Part shown: positions 60,002-64,000 of the stretch, piece by piece | Numbering within the stretch: the first letter of the stretch is position 1 | Layout: each line of letters starts with the position of its first letter | From: an uncultured Bacillota bacterium | GTDB lineage: Bacteria; Sysuimicrobiota; Sysuimicrobiia; Sysuimicrobiales; Segetimicrobiaceae | Direction of reading: 5' to 3' | DNA length: 64,000 bases | NCBI GenBank assembly: GCA_963787105.1 | Contig: CAWBBU010000018.1 | Location: 64,082 to 128,081, forward strand | Program-made: the position numbers and the translations under genes | Notes under the pieces: model-generated | What the model was told of the DNA's origin: nothing | What the model saw: only the letters and a program-made list of their open reading frames with translations | Database searches by the model: none

Positions 60002-60126
60002 GTAGAGTAAGGAGTTGGCGCGCCGCGTAGCTCAGCCAATAGGGGTACAGCCTGTCCACCTCCGTCGGTGGCTTGCAGCCTCCAGCCCTCGTCCCGGGCG
60101 ACACACGTTTCCAACTCCTCCTCATC

Positions 60127-60159
60127 GATCCGAGCATGACCTTTTCGGTCACTCGGCTC
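60127..60159 (-). ncRNA. Group II intron domain V-like hairpin (inner intron)
   Basis: Minus strand GAGCCGAGUGACCGAAAAGGUCAUGCUCGGAUC, 12 nt after the RT stop. It has the AGC triad and a GAAA loop, but the third base pair is G-A instead of G-U. Confidence 0.55.
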
Positions 60160-60170
60160 ACCGACGCCCT

Positions 60171-61493
60171 TCACCGACGGTTTTCGCTCCGCTCGAACCG
60201 AACGCTTCCGACCAAGCGGATCAATCCGACGCGGTTGCCGGACATGACGATGTACTTCATGCCGCGCCCGCGTCCGTTCCGCCCGTGTCGTTTGGAGAGC
60301 AGCAGCGCCATTCGTTCGACCGTGTACCGGTCCAACTTGGCGAAGCAACGAGTCGAGTTGCCGTACCGATAGTACTCGCGCCATCCCCCGAGAAAACGAT
60401 TGAGGTCGCCCACAACCGTGTGCGTGGGGACATGGCGTCGATTGCGCCCGGTGAGTTCCCGGATCCGAGAACGGCACCGGAGCACGGCTTTGGCACTCGG
60501 CCAGCACGCCGGATAGTGGAAGCTCGGTCTGCGCCGCGAGGGTACCATCTGATGATGGAAACCCAGGAAGTCGTATCCCTTGCTCCCACTCGCTACTCCG
60601 ACGATCTGCGTTTTGGAGCCGGACAATGCCAGCCCCAACTCTTCCAGGGTCGTTGCCAGGGCCGCCTTTGCGGCTTCGGCCTTCTCCCGAGTTGAGCAGC
60701 AGATGCAAAGATCGTCAGCGTAACGCACGAGCGTCCCCAGCAGGTGATGCTTCGTCATCCAGGCTTGGTCCAAACGATGCAGGACCACGTTAGCGAGGAC
60801 TGGCGAGAGCGGCCCGCCCTGCGGGGAGCCCGCCGTCGGGGTCGTCAGCGTACCGCTGTCGAGTATCCCGGCGGACAAGATGCACCGAATGAGCTCTACG
60901 ACCTTCCGGTCGCTGATCCGCTCCCGGAGGCAATCCAGGATGCGGCCATGCGCGAGTCGATCGAAGCAGCTCTCGATGTCGGCGTCCACTACCCATGTCC
61001 TTCCTTCCCGAATCGCCTCCCGCATTGCTTGCAATGCTTGGTGGGCGTCTCGCCGGGGCCGAAACCCGTACGAGCAGGGCAGAAAGTCCGCCTCGAAGAT
61101 CGGTTCGATGACGATCTTCAGCGCTTGCTGGACCACCCGGTCCCGCACATTCGCGATCCCGAGCGGTCGGAGCTTGTCCGGCTTGCCCGGTTTGGGAATC
61201 CAGACTCGCCGCAGCGGCTGCGGACGATACGTTCCGTCTCGCAGGCTGGCCTCTAGGTCCTCAAGGAACTCCTCTACACCGGCCGCTTCAATATCCGCGA
61301 TGGTGATGGCATCGTTTCCCGGTGCTCCCTGGTTGGCGCGCACCTCCAACCACGCGCGCCGGAGAACATCCCTGCGATGGACCCGGTCATATAGCGCGTG
61401 GAAACGTCGATTCGGCGACCGCTTGGCCGCCTGGTACAGTTTGTGTTGGAGGGTCCGAACCTTATCGAGGGTGTTGTTGGGCCTTGCGGCCAT
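60171..61493 (-). CDS. Group II intron reverse transcriptase/maturase (RT + X domains, no En domain seen)
   Basis: ATG 61493 within ORF 60171..61592. RPLGIANVRDRVVQQA, SYGFRPRRDAHQA, DADIESCFD, SPQGGPLSPVLANVVL, VRYADDLCICC (YADD) and LGGWREYYRYGNS are present. The frame is intact. Confidence 0.9.
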   Translation of the reverse strand: MAARPNNTLDKVRTLQHKLYQAAKRSPNRRFHALYDRVHRRDVLRRAWLEVRANQGAPGNDAITIADIEAAGVEEFLEDLEASLRDGTYRPQPLRRVWIPKPGKPDKLRPLGIANVRDRVVQQALKIVIEPIFEADFLPCSYGFRPRRDAHQALQAMREAIREGRTWVVDADIESCFDRLAHGRILDCLRERISDRKVVELIRCILSAGILDSGTLTTPTAGSPQGGPLSPVLANVVLHRLDQAWMTKHHLLGTLVRYADDLCICCSTREKAEAAKAALATTLEELGLALSGSKTQIVGVASGSKGYDFLGFHHQMVPSRRRPSFHYPACWPSAKAVLRCRSRIRELTGRNRRHVPTHTVVGDLNRFLGGWREYYRYGNSTRCFAKLDRYTVERMALLLSKRHGRNGRGRGMKYIVMSGNRVGLIRLVGSVRFERSENRR

Positions 61494-62064
61494 GCACCAG
61501 TTCCCCCCTCTCCCACAACACGGACGAAGCAGGGGCCCTTTGCTCCAGCGGGTTATGTTGTCCCGCCGGTCATCGCTACCGTATGGCCCCATCCGACGCC
61601 CTCCCGGCTCAGCGCGATTTCCCGTTTGGCGGTTATACGCACCGGCTGCTCCTGGATCGCAGACCCAGGGCCGGGGAGGGCCTCTCCAGTTCCCGTCACC
61701 ACCGTCCGAACGTTCCGCGCCCCTTACGGCGGAGGGTTCTTCGGCGTTGCGCTTCCAGGCTCTTCACGCCTTCCGTGGCCTTCGCCCTGTTACTCCGGGC
61801 TCGGCTCCCCCTTGGTCCCTTTCGGGCTGGTCTAACGCCGCGGCAGGCTTCGCGTAATGCTGCGGACCGTTCGCTTGCTACCTCCGTGAGGCTTCCGACG
61901 CTGGGCTTCGACGTCAGGCGTTTCCCCCTGACGCCGCCAGCCTGCTACCAGGCTCCCTGGCGATTACCTGGGCGGGACTTTCACCCGCTGGCGGTGACGA
62001 GCTTACGGGCTACGCGCTCACACCGACACCACCTCCCTCCGTCGCGCGTGCCCTCTGGACACGC

Positions 62065-62545
62065 AGTAGTTGAGCCATCCCGCAAGGATGGGGTTCACCT
62101 CGCCTGGATGACTCGCTGCACCGGCTGTGAGCGGTGGTGCCGGAAAGACCTCCCGGATCTTCTGCCGGAGTTCAGTGCATTTGTGGCGTGTCGGCGTGTA
62201 CTGCGGTCGCCACACGCCGCGATAACTCCGAATCCGGCGAAAATCGAACCCGAGGAACGTAAATGTCTCCTCCCGCTCGAGATCCACCATGCGGCTCTTC
62301 TGCTCATTGACCTGGATACCGAGCTTCGCGATTTCTTCCCGGATTCGCCGGTTGATCGCCTTGAGTAACCAGTCGTGCCGTGTGTGCGCGTCAACCAAGA
62401 TGACCATGTCGTCTGCCCACCGCGCGTACGTCACGTTCGGGATGGAGCCCCGCCGTGTGGTCTGCCGCGCCTTCTCCAACATCACATCGACCGGAGTCAG
62501 ATAGATATTGGAAAGCAAAGGTGACAGGACTCCTCCCACGCAAGA
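62065..62545 (-). mobile_element. 5'-truncated body of the outer group II intron RT ORF (RT domains 4-7 and start of X)
   Basis: ORF 62018..62653 carries GGVLSPLLSNIYL, YARWADDMVILV (YADD) and FLGFDFRR...EVNPILAGWLNY, then runs into the inner intron 5' end. No RT domains 0-3 and no intron domains I-III lie upstream. Confidence 0.65.
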
Positions 62546-64000
62546 GATAACCCGTGGGGGAAGTTGAAGTGGGGATCGAGTGTTTAATGGTAACCGTGTC
62601 GGCGCTGATCTCCACTTGCTTGACGACCAATCGGAGTACTCGCTGCTGATCACCGATTGAGAGAGTTTGGCTCGCCGTTTTGAGACGCACGAGAAATGTT
62701 TCGAGGCTTTCTGTCAACTGCAAATAGCGCTCCGCGTCGACCAGTTCGGTCTCTAACGCTTCGGTCTGCGCCTGTAGGGCCACTTCGCGGTGTCGCAGTT
62801 TCGGCATCCGCTGCCGCAATTCAGCCAACTCCATGAAGCCCTCTTGGTAGACCTCGATGAGACGCGACCGGGCGCTCCGCACACGGTTGAGCTCCGCGAT
62901 GAGTCGATCTTTTCTGCCGACAGCTGGATGCGTCTTGCGCAAGGCCTGCTGCCGACGATTGATCTCCTGGTGCATGAGGGATGGGTCCGCGAGCAACGCG
63001 GTCACATGGTCCCACACTAACGCATCAAGATAGTCCTGGCGGATGGGCGCATTGCGACAGACTCGCCCCTGTTCCCACCGGTAGTCATCGGAGCCCAGGC
63101 AGCGGTAATAGTAGAGCTTGCGCCGCGACGTCCGGGTCGAGGTGCGATAATAGGCGTACCCGCACTGCTGGCACACCACCAGGCCTTGCAGCAACGTCGG
63201 TTCCTTGGTGTGTCGCGCGGCAAAGTGCAGGTTGTCCTGCAAACGCTGTTGGGCCAAGGCAAACTGCTCGGCCTCGATGATCGCTGGGACCGGAATCGCA
63301 ATCCAGTCCGTGCGCGGCCGCGGCCGCCCCGTTCTCCGTCGCGGGACGGTGGCGCCACGGAGCCGGAGGCGCCGTGTCACGCGTCCCGGCGTCTCGATCA
63401 CCCCGGTCTTGCCAAAGCACGCGCGCCCTTCATACGCGGGATTGCGCAGAATCCCCCACACCGTACTCCGGTCCCACCGATGCTTGCCCGTATATGTTGG
63501 GATGCCCTGCGTGCCCAGCCGGACTGCGATCCGACCGATACTGAGTCCCTCCTGCGTGTACCATTCAAAGACGGTGCGGACGACCGCGGCCTGCTCTTCC
63601 ACGATCTCGTAGCGCGCCGGCAGATCCTCGGTCCGCCGCACGTACCGGTAGCCGTAGGGCGCGCCGCACAGTACGTTCACCGAGCCCAAGCGAGCGCGGT
63701 GCACTTTCCCCCGCCGGGTCCGTTCCGTAATCTGCGCCTTCTCGTATTCGGCAATCATCCCTTGAAACTGCACGAGCAACTCCTGCTCCGGTCCTCCGCC
63801 CGCCGGTGTATTGAGAAATTCGATCGCCGCGCCGCTGCGGGCAAACTCCTCCATCACCAGAATTTGGTACGCATATTTCCGGCTGAGCCGATCAGGGGCG
63901 AAGACCAGGACCCGTTCGACCGCGCCATCAGCGACGAGATCCCGCAACCGTTCAAGCGCCGGCCGCGCTAAGGTCGCCCCACTGTACCCCTCATCGGCAA
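62391..64000 (-). CDS. Large serine recombinase; 5' end (catalytic Ser) lies beyond the window, true 3' end uncertain
   Basis: ORF 62391..63947, and the frame stays open to 64000 (ADEGYSGATLARPALERLRDLVADGAVERVLVFAPDRLSR). It has a resolvase-domain end, a recombinase domain (WDRSTVWGILRNPAYEG) and a zinc-ribbon (CQQCGYAYYR...YYYRC). A coiled-coil tail runs to ...TVTIKHSIP near 62565; codons after that are probably read-through into the intron fragment. Confidence 0.85.
   Translation of the reverse strand, partial: ADEGYSGATLARPALERLRDLVADGAVERVLVFAPDRLSRKYAYQILVMEEFARSGAAIEFLNTPAGGGPEQELLVQFQGMIAEYEKAQITERTRRGKVHRARLGSVNVLCGAPYGYRYVRRTEDLPARYEIVEEQAAVVRTVFEWYTQEGLSIGRIAVRLGTQGIPTYTGKHRWDRSTVWGILRNPAYEGRACFGKTGVIETPGRVTRRLRLRGATVPRRRTGRPRPRTDWIAIPVPAIIEAEQFALAQQRLQDNLHFAARHTKEPTLLQGLVVCQQCGYAYYRTSTRTSRRKLYYYRCLGSDDYRWEQGRVCRNAPIRQDYLDALVWDHVTALLADPSLMHQEINRRQQALRKTHPAVGRKDRLIAELNRVRSARSRLIEVYQEGFMELAELRQRMPKLRHREVALQAQTEALETELVDAERYLQLTESLETFLVRLKTASQTLSIGDQQRVLRLVVKQVEISADTVTIKHSIPTSTSPTGYLLRGRSPVTFAFQYLSDSGRCDVGEGAADHTAGLHPERDVRAVGRRHGHLG

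Larger units (their letters stand above)
60002..62064 (-). mobile_element. Complete-looking inner group II intron inserted in the maturase ORF of the outer intron
   Basis: About 570 nt of structured 5' RNA (62064-61494, with GTGAAAGTCCC, CGAAAGG and GAGTAACAG-type elements), then the RT ORF, a domain V-like hairpin, and a 3' end ...CUCUAC. Removing 60002-62064 fuses GWLNY to FRIGHASRQF in frame. Boundaries are good to a few nt. Confidence 0.75.

Noticed and set aside
60880-62368. + strand ORFs 60880..61857 (325 aa) and 61322..62368 (348 aa)
   Set aside because: They are antisense to the inner intron RT gene and its structured 5' RNA. Ser/Arg/Pro-rich with no motifs.
62529-62549. YLLRGRS as the genuine C-terminus of the serine recombinase
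   Set aside because: It vaguely recalls endings of some large serine recombinases. However, the same nucleotides encode the start of the RT GGVLSPLL block in another frame, so the similarity cannot be trusted.
1-64000. CRISPR arrays, rRNA genes, long tandem repeats
   Set aside because: Visual scanning of the intergenic regions found none. The only repeats found are short ones: the operator palindromes, AATGGAGCGG x2, GATTAGCA x2, and the hairpins listed. A computational repeat search is still advisable.

Overview
High-G+C bacterial chromosomal window, probably from a diderm lineage (kdsB, a PEP-CTERM protein, type IV pilin-like genes, Tat signals). The left three quarters look core and metabolic. 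They hold sthA, a cyclophilin, a broken SulP permease, and a minor-pilin operon beside a Tat-exported beta-propeller giant. They also hold a GntR-headed peptide/gamma-glutamyl processing block (tldD-pmbA, two family-5 binding proteins, GGT, amidase, AstE/AspA-type deacylase, opine dehydrogenase) and a pilin/PEP-CTERM islet. The block ends with a LacI-headed sugar-acid locus of three transcription units, each preceded by the palindrome GAGAACGTTCTC. I read that locus as a candidate Kdo scavenging/catabolism/salvage system (inference only). From about 49.2 kb the DNA is visibly lower in G+C and looks accessory. It contains a class II lanthipeptide pair (Nif11-type LanA without a GG cleavage site, plus a ProcM-like CCG-type LanM), a tRNA-like 3' fragment, a truncated amino-acid ABC operon and a gene-decay zone. 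It ends with one group II intron nested inside the maturase ORF of another, and a large serine recombinase that runs off the window end. Roughly 20 otherwise convincing genes need one or more frame changes, so assembly indel error and real pseudogenisation cannot be separated from this sequence alone. All calls rest on my own reading and translation; no searches were run.
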